Positions 38,010-47,457 of a stretch of DNA of 64,000 nt are shown here, piece by piece. Position 1 is the stretch's first letter. Every line of letters starts with the position of its first letter. The notes under the pieces are model-generated. The model was not told where the DNA came from, did no database searches, and saw only the letters and a list, made by a program, of their open reading frames with translations. Made by a program: the position numbers and the translations under genes. Source of the stretch: Candidatus Latescibacterota bacterium (GTDB lineage Bacteria > Latescibacterota > UBA2968 > UBA8231); the NCBI GenBank assembly GCA_965248355.1, contig OZ252098.1:2336001-2400000 (forward strand). The letters run 5' to 3'.

Positions 38010-39194
38010 TCACCGCAGCAGGGTCAGCTTGCGCGTCTGCACGACCCCGGTCGTCACCAGCCGGTACACGTAGACCCCGCTGGCCAGGGGGCGGCCCCGG
38101 TCGTCGCGGCCGTCCCAGCGCAGGCGATGGAGGCCCGCCTTCCGCGGCCCCTCGTGCAGCACCGCCACCCGCTGCCCCGTCAGCGCGAACACCTCCAGGC
38201 GCGCCACCCCCGGCTGCAGCTGGAACCAGGAGATCACGGTCCCGCTGTTGAAGGGGTTGGGCGCGTTCTGCTGCAGTTGCGGGCCGTCGGGCAGCCCGAT
38301 CAGCTCTCGCGCCATGGCCACCAGCTTGGCCCGCGCCGGCTGTCCGAAATTCTCGGCGAAGAGGAAGAAGTCGGCGAAATCCACCGAGCCGCTGCCGTCC
38401 AGGTCGAAGCGGGGGTCGCTGCCGCCGAAGGCCTCGGCGAAGAGGAAGAAGTCGGAGAAGCCGACCTCGCCGTCGCCGTCGAAGTCGGGGGTGGCTTTGG
38501 CAGTGGCGGTGAAGGTTACGGGCTCGAGGTCGGACACGGTCACCTCGACGATGATCATCCCAGGCTCGCGCCCCAGGGTCAGGGTGGTGGCCGCCCGGCC
38601 CTCGGCGTCGGTGGTGTCGGTGAGGACTGAGAGGGCGCCGCCCTCGCCGGTGAGCGAAAAGGTGACCTCGGCGCCTTCCAGAGGTTTGCCGTACTGGTCT
38701 CTCACTTCGACCGCGAAGGGATCGTCCAGTGACGAGCCGAGCGGTCCCTCCTGCTCCTCGCCGCCGATCATGTCCAAGACCTGGGGACGCGGCAGGACCA
38801 ACGGCACATCCCACAGCAGGATCGTGCCGTCGTGGGAGGAGGAAGCGAGGATCTCGCCGTCGGGGGAGAACAACACGTCGCCAACGAAGTGCGCGTGTCC
38901 TTCGAGGGTTGCCAGGGCATCGCCTGTCGCCAACTCCCAAAGCCTGACCAGCTTGTCGTCGCCTCCGGTGGCGTAGAGGGTTGCGTCGGGGGAGATGCCA
39001 ATGCCGTCGGCCCCGCTCAATCGCAGGATCCTGATGGAGGCGCTCCTCGCCACATCCCAGAGGTTGACCCGGGTAGTTGACCCGGAGGCCAAGGTCGCGC
39101 CGTCAGGGGAAAAGGCCAGGGCGCGAATCTCGTACTGATGCCCGAAGGCGGCAACGTAGTGCCTGGCCGTCTGCGCCACCGCTTTGAAGTGCAT
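38010..39194 (-). CDS. WD40 + Big-like Ig + dockerin/EF-hand + FlgD-Ig C-terminal protein, probably 5'-truncated
   Basis: About three WD40 repeats starting mid-repeat, no signal peptide; DFDGDGEVGFSDF and DLDGSGSVDFADF; NAPNPFN...WDGRD..LASGVY. Confidence 0.78.
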   Translation of the reverse strand: MHFKAVAQTARHYVAAFGHQYEIRALAFSPDGATLASGSTTRVNLWDVARSASIRILRLSGADGIGISPDATLYATGGDDKLVRLWELATGDALATLEGHAHFVGDVLFSPDGEILASSSHDGTILLWDVPLVLPRPQVLDMIGGEEQEGPLGSSLDDPFAVEVRDQYGKPLEGAEVTFSLTGEGGALSVLTDTTDAEGRAATTLTLGREPGMIIVEVTVSDLEPVTFTATAKATPDFDGDGEVGFSDFFLFAEAFGGSDPRFDLDGSGSVDFADFFLFAENFGQPARAKLVAMARELIGLPDGPQLQQNAPNPFNSGTVISWFQLQPGVARLEVFALTGQRVAVLHEGPRKAGLHRLRWDGRDDRGRPLASGVYVYRLVTTGVVQTRKLTLLR

Positions 39195-39279
39195 TCATCC
39201 CTCCGTTTCGTTCGAGATGGCTCTGCCAGCAAAATACAAGGAACATGCTCCCCTCGCACGAGCTTGCCTCCTGAATCGC

Positions 39280-42200
39280 CTACACCGCCACCCTCGTCTC
39301 CGCGTCCCCCGCGGCCAGGGCATTCATGTACGTCAGGATCAGCTCCCGGGTGCGGTAGCGGCCGAAGACGGCCTCGTCCTCGCGGCGGACGATGGGGAAG
39401 GTGTCGAGCACGTACGCAGCGTCCTCCCTGGTGAGGCCGTAGAGGTGGAAGTAGAGGGCGTCCAGGCGTGCCCGGAGGTGGCGGCGTTCCTCCTCGTCCC
39501 AGGGGAAGGGCGGGCCGTCGTGGCCGAGGTCGCGGGCGAAGGGGGCCATGTCGTGGGCAGTGTACGTGAGGCGGAGGACGTGGTCCCGGGCGAGGTCTCG
39601 GGCGGTGGCGGCGCCGAAGCGGCGGTCGTAGTCGACGGGTACAATGACCGGGAACTGTTCGACGGTGTACCAGGTGAGATGAGTCGCCTGAACCTTCTGG
39701 CGAGCCACGTAGTCGAACGCAAAACTGTTGAGATTTGCGAGGAAGCAGGCTGCGCTCTCGGCGTCCATGCCGTCTTCGGATGGAAGAAGGACCGGTAGTG
39801 TATGCCCGCATCCAACTTTGGGAATGGCGGCTGCAATCATGGTGCGGACATTGGTGGACGCGGTGATGTCCTTGAACGCCAGGAGCCATCGTACGCCTTG
39901 GAGGACATCGCTTTCCTGCTGGTTGACCCAGTAGCGGGGACGAGGTGAGAAGGCGGGGTCTTGGTGTTCTTCTTCAAGGGTTCTGTCCGGCTGTCCGGGT
40001 CGAAACAGGTTTCCTTCCCGAGTGGTTATGCTTGCGGCTCGGTGGTCGAATGCCTGCACCATCTTCCCTTCATACAACGGAAGATACAGTTCCTCCCCTC
40101 GCTTCCAGCGATTGCCCTCCACCGGATAGGCACCCTCGGCTTCCAGCTGTTCGGCAGTGCGGAAGAGGTGGGAGTCCGAGGTCATGTTGAAGTGCCCCTG
40201 CATGAACCGAACCGGCCATGCGCGGCGCTCGTCACCTCCCGAACGGTCAACCAGCACCGGCTGGCGTTCGTAGATCCGTCGGGTGACCTCCGCGTCCCTC
40301 CGAGTGCGAAACATAGGTGCGGTTCCGGAATTTGGATTGACTCGAGCGAAGTCCGCAGGGGTCAATGGAAAGCAACGGTTCGCGTCAGCCAGCGTTCCCG
40401 TGTCGGGCAGAAAGAAAGCGCATTCAGTTTGGTCGAACCTCCGTTCATCGCCGCCGAAGACGAGAGCGCAGAACTTGAAGCGGGAATCCACATCCGGGAA
40501 GAAGGGCGGCAGGCCGGTTCCGAGGCGGCGGTTCTCAAAGTCGAATAACCCGCCCACACGTCCGCTGGTCGAGATCGCCTTGAAGAAGTGGGACGCGGTC
40601 TTGTCCGCGTAGATCCCCGACGGGGTCAGGAGACCCACGAATCCGTCCTGCTTGATCAAACCCATGGCACGCTCTACAAACAGCGAGTAGAGATTGATCC
40701 GGCCTTCGCTCAGGAGGGGATACTCGCCACAGGTACGTACGAACACGCGCACTGCTGCAGCCCGGCCCCGCACCGTTTCGTACTCCAGAGCCAGCCTATC
40801 GCCCGCTTCTCTCTTCTGCTTGATCAGTACCTTGCGATCGGCTCCGGTTACAGCCCCGGCTATCTGTTCGTCTCGGCTTGCGAACCACTCCACTTCCGGC
40901 TGCTCTATCTGGTCCCACGGCGGGTTCCCGATGACGGCATCGAATCCCCCTTGCGGCCGACTCTCCTGCCACCGGCGCCACACCCCCGGGAAGGCCGCCT
41001 CCCAGTGCAGGAAGCCCTCCCGGTCGGCCAGGGCGCGGGCCTCGTTCCAGCGCTCGACGAACCGCGGCCAGTCCTTGTCCTTGGGTGGGTCGCCGTCAAG
41101 AGACTCCGGACCCCGGGCCAGCAGCTTGAAGGCCTCCGCCGAGTGCCGGCCGAGAGTGACGTCCAGCGGCCCCTCGAAGGCCGCACGCTCCTTCTTCTTC
41201 ATGCCCGCGGTGAGCCAGCGCCAGCCGCAGAGGATGTCGAGCAGGCCGCGCAGATCGGAGGTCGTCTTCTCCACCCCGCTGAACAACTCCGCCGACGCCT
41301 GCACTTCCGCCACATCGGAGTCGGACATCTCCTCGATGCGCTGCATGCCCTCGGTGGCGTTTTCGGCGCCCTGGATGGCGCTTTGGGCGAACATCCGGGC
41401 CAGGCGGTGCAGGTCCTGCACGGCCTCCGACACCCGCAGGCCGACAAGCGAGTCCCCGCAGCGCAGGTGGTGGTCGAGGAAGGACAGCGGCGCGCCCACG
41501 GTGAAGCTGTGCAGCCACAGGGAGACCTTGGCCAGCTCCACGGTGAGCGGGTTCTTGTCCACGCCATAGATGCAGCGCTTGAGCACCATGCGGCGGATGA
41601 TGGCCTGGTCGGTGAGCTGGCCCTCGTCGAGGACCCAGTCCGATTCTTTCGCGCGCCGGAGGATCTCCTCGCGGATCCCGGCCACCCGCCCGACCAGCGG
41701 CGACGCGTACTCGCCGTCGAGCCACTCCGGGACCGCGGGGACGTACTCGACCAGGTCGGCGATGTAGTCGGAGAGGAAGTCCACGGCCGTGACCAGGAAG
41801 TGGCCGCTGCCCATGGCCGGGTCCAGGACCTTGAGATCCAGCACCGCCTCGGCTGGATCGAGCTTGAGCAACTCGGCTTGGCGCTGGGCCTTCGGCCGGC
41901 GGTCGCTCTTGAGGGCGTCGGCCTTCTCCTCGAAAGCCTTGAGACGCTCCTCGGCCAGCGGCTTCAGCGTGCGCTCGACGATGAGGTCCACCAGCTCCTG
42001 GGGCGTGTAGAAGCTGCCGCTGTCCTTGCGTGCATAGGGGTTGGGGCGGATCTCGATGCCGTCGCCGCCCCGCACCGGCTCGCGCTCGAGGAGGCGTTCG
42101 TAGATGGAGCCGAGCTGCTGCACGGACATGTCGCGGTAGTTGACGAAGTGTCGCTTGCCCTCGGCGTCCCTGGCGTGGCTCAGGTCGTGGATCAGGGGAG

Positions 42201-43341
42201 CCACCTCGGCGTCGGCGAGGCGGACCGTCTCCAGCAGCGGCGCGGCCTCCCGGGCGAAGAGGCCCCCGTTGTAGGGAGGCAGACCGATGGAGGGGTCGCC
42301 CTGGTCGATGATGCGGAAGAGATTGAGGAGGCGGTCGTAGTAGTTGCTGGCCGCCGCCGAGAAGGTGTCGGTCTCCTCCATCCTGCGGGCGACGTCGTCG
42401 CGCACGCGCTTGCGCAGGCCGTAGTCGTCGTAGCGGGAGTCGTTGACCGGCAGCAGCCCCCGGTCCTCGGCGTAGAGCACGAAGAGCAGGCGGTAGAGGA
42501 AGATGAGGGCCGCCTTGTGGACCTCCGGCAGGCTGGCCCCGGAGCCTCTCTTCTGCGCTGCGTCGGCGAGGGCCTGGACGAGCGCCGGGAAGACGCTCTC
42601 GAAGACCACCCCCGACAGATCCTGGGCGACCTGCTCCTCGTAGCGGCGCCCCTCGGCCAGGGCCGCTTCGAGGAAGGACTCGGCGGCGCCTTCTTGGGGC
42701 GTGAAGGATTCGCGGCGGAAGAGCAGGTGGAAGACGCGCAGGTCCTCTTCGCGGCCGGGTTCGAGCAGGTCCGCCAGGTCGGCCTCGAAGTAGCCACTGG
42801 CCCGGGGCCGGGCGCGGTAGTCGTACAGGCGCCAGACGCGGCCGTTGGTGAGCACGCCCCAACGCAGCCGGCTCTCCGACTCGATCTCGGCCGTGGCCAG
42901 GTAGCGGAGGATCTGGCTGTGGGGGGACCGGGCGTGGAACCCGGCCTCCCTGTCGCGCTCGTCCAGGGACAGGCCGAAGCGCTTGCTCTCCTCCAGGGCG
43001 AGGGCGTACCGGGCCCGGGCGCCGGCGTTGCGCTCCGCGGAGGCCCGCTCCTTGGAGCCGGGGTCCGCGAAGAGCAGGTGATCGGGAATGTCCTCGTTGC
43101 CGGCGGTCCTCTGCTGCGGCAGGTAGTCCGCCCACCCGAGCAGCTCCAGAACCGGCCGGATCAGATCCTGCTCGGTGACCGCCTCGTTGGGGTCGGCGGA
43201 ACGGGCGAGGGTTTCGTGGCGCTGGAGGACGGATTCCCGGAAGGCGGAGAAGGCCTGCGGGTCAGCGGCGGATGCCTGCCACTCGGGGGTGGCCCTTATG
43301 CCGTCGGTGAGGAAGTAGTGGGTGAAGAGTTGGCCGGTCAT
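39280..43341 (-). CDS. Type IIG (Eco57I-like) restriction-modification enzyme
   Basis: N-terminal PD..EESK nuclease and LTNG; MTase motifs GSFYTP, DPAMGSGHFL, GNPPW; C-terminal target-recognition region. Confidence 0.9.
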   Translation of the reverse strand: MTGQLFTHYFLTDGIRATPEWQASAADPQAFSAFRESVLQRHETLARSADPNEAVTEQDLIRPVLELLGWADYLPQQRTAGNEDIPDHLLFADPGSKERASAERNAGARARYALALEESKRFGLSLDERDREAGFHARSPHSQILRYLATAEIESESRLRWGVLTNGRVWRLYDYRARPRASGYFEADLADLLEPGREEDLRVFHLLFRRESFTPQEGAAESFLEAALAEGRRYEEQVAQDLSGVVFESVFPALVQALADAAQKRGSGASLPEVHKAALIFLYRLLFVLYAEDRGLLPVNDSRYDDYGLRKRVRDDVARRMEETDTFSAAASNYYDRLLNLFRIIDQGDPSIGLPPYNGGLFAREAAPLLETVRLADAEVAPLIHDLSHARDAEGKRHFVNYRDMSVQQLGSIYERLLEREPVRGGDGIEIRPNPYARKDSGSFYTPQELVDLIVERTLKPLAEERLKAFEEKADALKSDRRPKAQRQAELLKLDPAEAVLDLKVLDPAMGSGHFLVTAVDFLSDYIADLVEYVPAVPEWLDGEYASPLVGRVAGIREEILRRAKESDWVLDEGQLTDQAIIRRMVLKRCIYGVDKNPLTVELAKVSLWLHSFTVGAPLSFLDHHLRCGDSLVGLRVSEAVQDLHRLARMFAQSAIQGAENATEGMQRIEEMSDSDVAEVQASAELFSGVEKTTSDLRGLLDILCGWRWLTAGMKKKERAAFEGPLDVTLGRHSAEAFKLLARGPESLDGDPPKDKDWPRFVERWNEARALADREGFLHWEAAFPGVWRRWQESRPQGGFDAVIGNPPWDQIEQPEVEWFASRDEQIAGAVTGADRKVLIKQKREAGDRLALEYETVRGRAAAVRVFVRTCGEYPLLSEGRINLYSLFVERAMGLIKQDGFVGLLTPSGIYADKTASHFFKAISTSGRVGGLFDFENRRLGTGLPPFFPDVDSRFKFCALVFGGDERRFDQTECAFFLPDTGTLADANRCFPLTPADFARVNPNSGTAPMFRTRRDAEVTRRIYERQPVLVDRSGGDERRAWPVRFMQGHFNMTSDSHLFRTAEQLEAEGAYPVEGNRWKRGEELYLPLYEGKMVQAFDHRAASITTREGNLFRPGQPDRTLEEEHQDPAFSPRPRYWVNQQESDVLQGVRWLLAFKDITASTNVRTMIAAAIPKVGCGHTLPVLLPSEDGMDAESAACFLANLNSFAFDYVARQKVQATHLTWYTVEQFPVIVPVDYDRRFGAATARDLARDHVLRLTYTAHDMAPFARDLGHDGPPFPWDEEERRHLRARLDALYFHLYGLTREDAAYVLDTFPIVRREDEAVFGRYRTRELILTYMNALAAGDAETRVAV

Positions 43342-43347
43342 GGTGGC

Positions 43348-46300
43348 TCACGCCTCGGGTCGGCTCACGTCGACGACGCAGATCGAGATCTTGCGCGCCT
43401 CGACGGGGGACAGATTCGCTTCCGCTGCCAGCCTCTCGCTCAACTCCTCTGGGTCAGCGGGGCGGCCTCCGGAAGGGGGCGGTTGGGTGTATTCCCTGCC
43501 GAACCAGAATACAAGGTAGATCCCGTAACCGCCGGTGGCCGGGTCAGTGGTGTAGCTGGAGATCAACTGATCTCGAAGGGCGCGCCACAAGTCCCGGTGC
43601 ATGTTCTTCTTGATCTCCACCGGCACCTGGAAGTCCCCGCAGGAAACCCGTATGTCGGCCCTCTTGTCGTTGGCGTACTGCCCCTCGGGCTGAGCGTCGA
43701 CTCCTTCTCCCAGGAGGCGCCGCAGAGCATCGACCAGAGCGTCACGGCACACGTCCTCGTGTCTCGGTCCCGTGGGGCTCCCGTTCGAATCTACATTCCA
43801 GTACTGACGCCAGCCGTCGGTATTGCCCCGGATCTGCAGGGCGAGCGGCACACCTCGAACAGAGCCTTGTGCAGGCGCCTCGGCTCGTCCGCGTGGGCAC
43901 CCAGGGCGCTCAGGTGGCCCCTGGAGCAAGTCCATCAAGAGAGCTGCGAGATCCGCGGCGTTGGCGGGTGTACCGCCGTCCAACGTCTTGCAGATCTGCG
44001 CGATATCGGGATGCTGATAGCCGGCGTCACGGCGGATCACGCGTTGTTCATCCTGCGCCCGCGACAGCACGTCGTGCCACTGTGATAGGGACTCGTCCTC
44101 GAGAAGCCTGGCCAGCGCACCGCTGGCCTCCTTGGCCGGACAGGCAGCGAGGCGCTGGATCAGGCCACTCGCAAGGCGAGAAGCCTCCATTGATGGAGTG
44201 AAGTATCCTCCCTTCCACTGCTCTTCCGGCCCCACGATGCTACCCACAAGGCGCACGAGTAGTTCCAGCGCTGGGCTCCTGAGTCCAGCGGCAACGGATC
44301 TTGCGGAACCTCGAGAGGAGAAGAAGGTCGTCAAGTGCCGCATCCTGCTCTCTCGACCCTCCGAGAACTCTCTCAGCAGATCTTCGTACGCCCCCGGAGA
44401 AACGATGAGGCCCGCTGCCAGCCAGTACACGCGCTGGGAGTCGTTCATGCTCTTCCGGGACAGCTTCGCCTCGATCAATGCCTGCACCGCCTCCCGGTCC
44501 GCATGCTGGATGGCAGCCTTGAGCAGGTGGTCGAGCGCCTCGATCTGCTTCGACTTGCAGCGCGTCGGAAAGGCCCGCAGCAGGGGCAAGCTGGCGTGCC
44601 GGGCCACTTGGACAAGGCCTTTGTCATACGCGAGTTCCGAGATCATTTCGATGTGCTCGCGGCCACTGCGGAACCCGGAGACAGCGGATTCCACCAGCAC
44701 TTGAGCAACCATCTCGGGACGCTCGGACAGGAGCCGCTCGTACCACCGGCAATTGCGGTTCAAGAGGGGCCAGTTGCAGTGGAACGCTATCGCCCGGCAG
44801 ATCAGGTCGTCCTCCAATTGGCATACGTCCGTCGTCTTGGCGGCTTCCTCGATTCCGGCCAGAAACGGTTCGCCGAGATAATGCATCCTGTCCTGCTCCC
44901 TGAGGCGCAGGATTTCCTCCAAGGTCGGAACATCCTCCCGGTGGATCGAGTTCCAGAGGCCGTGGAGGGCCGCATCGATCAGACTGCGTTCGCCTCCGAG
45001 GCTTTCTTCAAGGACCTCGGCTCCCTGCACGTACAGGGTCGCAATGTGGTAGAGCAGCGCGGCTGGTGCCCGGTTCTCGAGGAACGCGGTCTTCCGGGAC
45101 CGGATGTAGTCAAGCTCCTGCTGCCGTTTCTCTTCCTCTTCTTGCCGCAGTTTCTCTTCCTGCTCCAGATGTTCCTGATAGTACCGCGGGGGCGAGAGCA
45201 GTTCTTCCAGCCGCTCTCTCAGCCTCGGGGTCTCCTGCGTCCTTTCCTGCAGGATCTCGAGTGACAGGCCGGCATTGCCGCTGTGTTCGCGATGCGCATG
45301 GACGGCCCAGCCCAACAGGTGCTCCGCAACATGCGGCCTCTCCCCGGCCATGGAGACCGCCTGCTCCAAGCACCAGAGGCCGAAATCAGAGGGCCAGCTT
45401 GCGCCGTACCATCGATGCAAGACGCCAACCATGTGCATACGGGACTCGTCCGATTCCGGGCATCGGCCCATGCCCTCCATGACGATGGCTTTCAGAAGAT
45501 CTGGGCGGTGCTCCAGCCAGGAGCCTATCTGCTGGATGTCCTTCTGGTCGCCCGTCGCGGGCATCGGGCGGTCCTTCGTGAATCCTAGGTCGAGCCAGTC
45601 GTACAGGCGGCCGATGGCCACCTGGTCCCCGTGAGCCTGCAATCCGCGGGCCAGCAGTTTCACGGGAAGGTTCTCCAATCGACTGCTGTTCTCCGCGGTT
45701 GGCCGCAGGCCGCTAAACCGCTCGTTCAGACTATCGAGTAGCTGGGTAACCTGATCATCCGAGGACTTCTCGGGAAGGCCGAGCATGTAGAAGCCGTAGT
45801 ACATGCCGAAGAATGATTCCCTGTCCCTTGTCGCATAGAAGCAGTCCCATACCTCCGAGGGTGACAGGTACCGGGGATAGAGCTCGTATAGCAGGATGCC
45901 TAGTAGTTCGTTGTCGGGATCGGAGACGCGCTCACCGCGAATATCAGCCAGCAGCGATTTCAGTTCGTCGGCTCTATCCCGGCTGTCCGGGGAGTTGTGG
46001 ATGAAGGCATTAAGAGCCGATGTGTTGACACTCGGCCAGCGCGTCTTGTCGCGGACGATCTCCAGCAGAAGCGCGCCAAGGTCCGGGAGAGGTGTGCCCT
46101 CAGACAGAGCTCGCAAGACGAAACCGGTGAACAGCTCATCGTCCCTGCTACGGCCGGGATCCGTCAGGATTTCCCTGAGGACAGGTCCCATCGGCGGCGT
46201 AGCAAGTTCCCCAAAGGCCGCTGCAGAACTCCACAACGAACCAAGCCGGATCCCCTCGCGCTTCAGTGATGCCAGGAGCGCGCGTCTCTCCTCCAAGGAG

Positions 46301-47457
46301 ACCCCCCCGATGTCGCCGTACAGCCCCACGCCAATGGGATCGCGTTCGATGAGGTCCATCCGGGCTACGGGGGATTGAGCCGCGAGCCAGGCGGACAGGC
46401 CTCTCATCTCGGTGACCACGGTGCCATCCTCCCCCTCCATCAGGGCGATGACCCGGCGGGTGGGCAGCCTCTCTTGAATGACCCGGGCCAGATGCCGGGC
46501 GCCGAGGTACTCGGCGATGTGGCGGTGAACCGGGGAGAAGCGGTTGCTGGAAGCGCCCTTGAATAGCTTCGTGGCGAGTGCGAGACGGAGCACCTGACTG
46601 TCGTAGTCACACTGGTCCAGAACGGGATACTCCTCGTCCGGCTGGCCTCGCAACGTGTACCCGGATCCGCCTGAAATCAGCTGTAGTGCGCAGAGGCGTC
46701 CTGCCGCGTCGAGAAGCTGGTCTGGCGGAGGTGGACCGTCCGGCTCCTGCGCAGCTGCATGCTCGTCGTTGTGCTCGCGGACCATCTGACGGCAGGCCAT
46801 CTCGAAGGTCTGCATGCGGCTCTCTGGCCATCCTTCTCCCGCACCGACGACATCGGCCAGCATCTCCAGGGTCTGCGGGTTCGGCAGAAGCCCCTCGACC
46901 CGTCGCTCCTTTGCTGCCTTGATGAATGCATCCGCATCCGGGATGTCGGGCCGGGCATCCAGGATCGAGGCAACATCCCTGTCCGTCAGGGGATCGAGTC
47001 GCAGCACCGTCACGCTGGAATCCGGCGAGACCGCCTCCAGGTGCTTCCGGTCATTCTCCCCCAGCCAGTCCGCCTCCCGGCAGGACAGGCGAAAGCGCGG
47101 CTTGCCCAGCGCATCGAGCCTCCCGCGGATCTCGTGGAAGGGGGTGCGCACGTCCGACGTGCCTGCCCGGATCTCATCGAGTCCGTCGATATAGAGGGTT
47201 TTGCCGCGCCACTCGGGATGGTTCTGTGGGTCGAAGGTCAGGAAGTCACGGGCGGTGACCAGGCACGCCTGCTCCCCGAGCGCCTCACACTCCTCCTCGA
47301 AGGCTGTGGTCTTGCCGGCGCCGGGGTCGCCCACCAGCACATAGGCCGGCGAGTCCCGGAACTCCTCCAGAGGGCGGGACTGACTTTCTTCGTGTTGAGG
47401 CCGCTCGCCATCCTTTTGCGAGATCTCGGTGCAGGTGCGGAGTACTCTCACGCCCAT
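43348..47457 (-). CDS. STAND/NACHT-like NTPase with C-terminal PD-(D/E)XK nuclease (Avs2-like)
   Basis: GDPGAGKT, YIDGLDE, LSCR, NPQTL, long helical region, C-terminal PEGQYANDKRADIRV..VEIK and YGIYLVFWFG. Confidence 0.78.
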   Translation of the reverse strand: MGVRVLRTCTEISQKDGERPQHEESQSRPLEEFRDSPAYVLVGDPGAGKTTAFEEECEALGEQACLVTARDFLTFDPQNHPEWRGKTLYIDGLDEIRAGTSDVRTPFHEIRGRLDALGKPRFRLSCREADWLGENDRKHLEAVSPDSSVTVLRLDPLTDRDVASILDARPDIPDADAFIKAAKERRVEGLLPNPQTLEMLADVVGAGEGWPESRMQTFEMACRQMVREHNDEHAAAQEPDGPPPPDQLLDAAGRLCALQLISGGSGYTLRGQPDEEYPVLDQCDYDSQVLRLALATKLFKGASSNRFSPVHRHIAEYLGARHLARVIQERLPTRRVIALMEGEDGTVVTEMRGLSAWLAAQSPVARMDLIERDPIGVGLYGDIGGVSLEERRALLASLKREGIRLGSLWSSAAAFGELATPPMGPVLREILTDPGRSRDDELFTGFVLRALSEGTPLPDLGALLLEIVRDKTRWPSVNTSALNAFIHNSPDSRDRADELKSLLADIRGERVSDPDNELLGILLYELYPRYLSPSEVWDCFYATRDRESFFGMYYGFYMLGLPEKSSDDQVTQLLDSLNERFSGLRPTAENSSRLENLPVKLLARGLQAHGDQVAIGRLYDWLDLGFTKDRPMPATGDQKDIQQIGSWLEHRPDLLKAIVMEGMGRCPESDESRMHMVGVLHRWYGASWPSDFGLWCLEQAVSMAGERPHVAEHLLGWAVHAHREHSGNAGLSLEILQERTQETPRLRERLEELLSPPRYYQEHLEQEEKLRQEEEEKRQQELDYIRSRKTAFLENRAPAALLYHIATLYVQGAEVLEESLGGERSLIDAALHGLWNSIHREDVPTLEEILRLREQDRMHYLGEPFLAGIEEAAKTTDVCQLEDDLICRAIAFHCNWPLLNRNCRWYERLLSERPEMVAQVLVESAVSGFRSGREHIEMISELAYDKGLVQVARHASLPLLRAFPTRCKSKQIEALDHLLKAAIQHADREAVQALIEAKLSRKSMNDSQRVYWLAAGLIVSPGAYEDLLREFSEGRESRMRHLTTFFSSRGSARSVAAGLRSPALELLVRLVGSIVGPEEQWKGGYFTPSMEASRLASGLIQRLAACPAKEASGALARLLEDESLSQWHDVLSRAQDEQRVIRRDAGYQHPDIAQICKTLDGGTPANAADLAALLMDLLQGPPERPGCPRGRAEAPAQGSVRGVPLALQIRGNTDGWRQYWNVDSNGSPTGPRHEDVCRDALVDALRRLLGEGVDAQPEGQYANDKRADIRVSCGDFQVPVEIKKNMHRDLWRALRDQLISSYTTDPATGGYGIYLVFWFGREYTQPPPSGGRPADPEELSERLAAEANLSPVEARKISICVVDVSRPEA

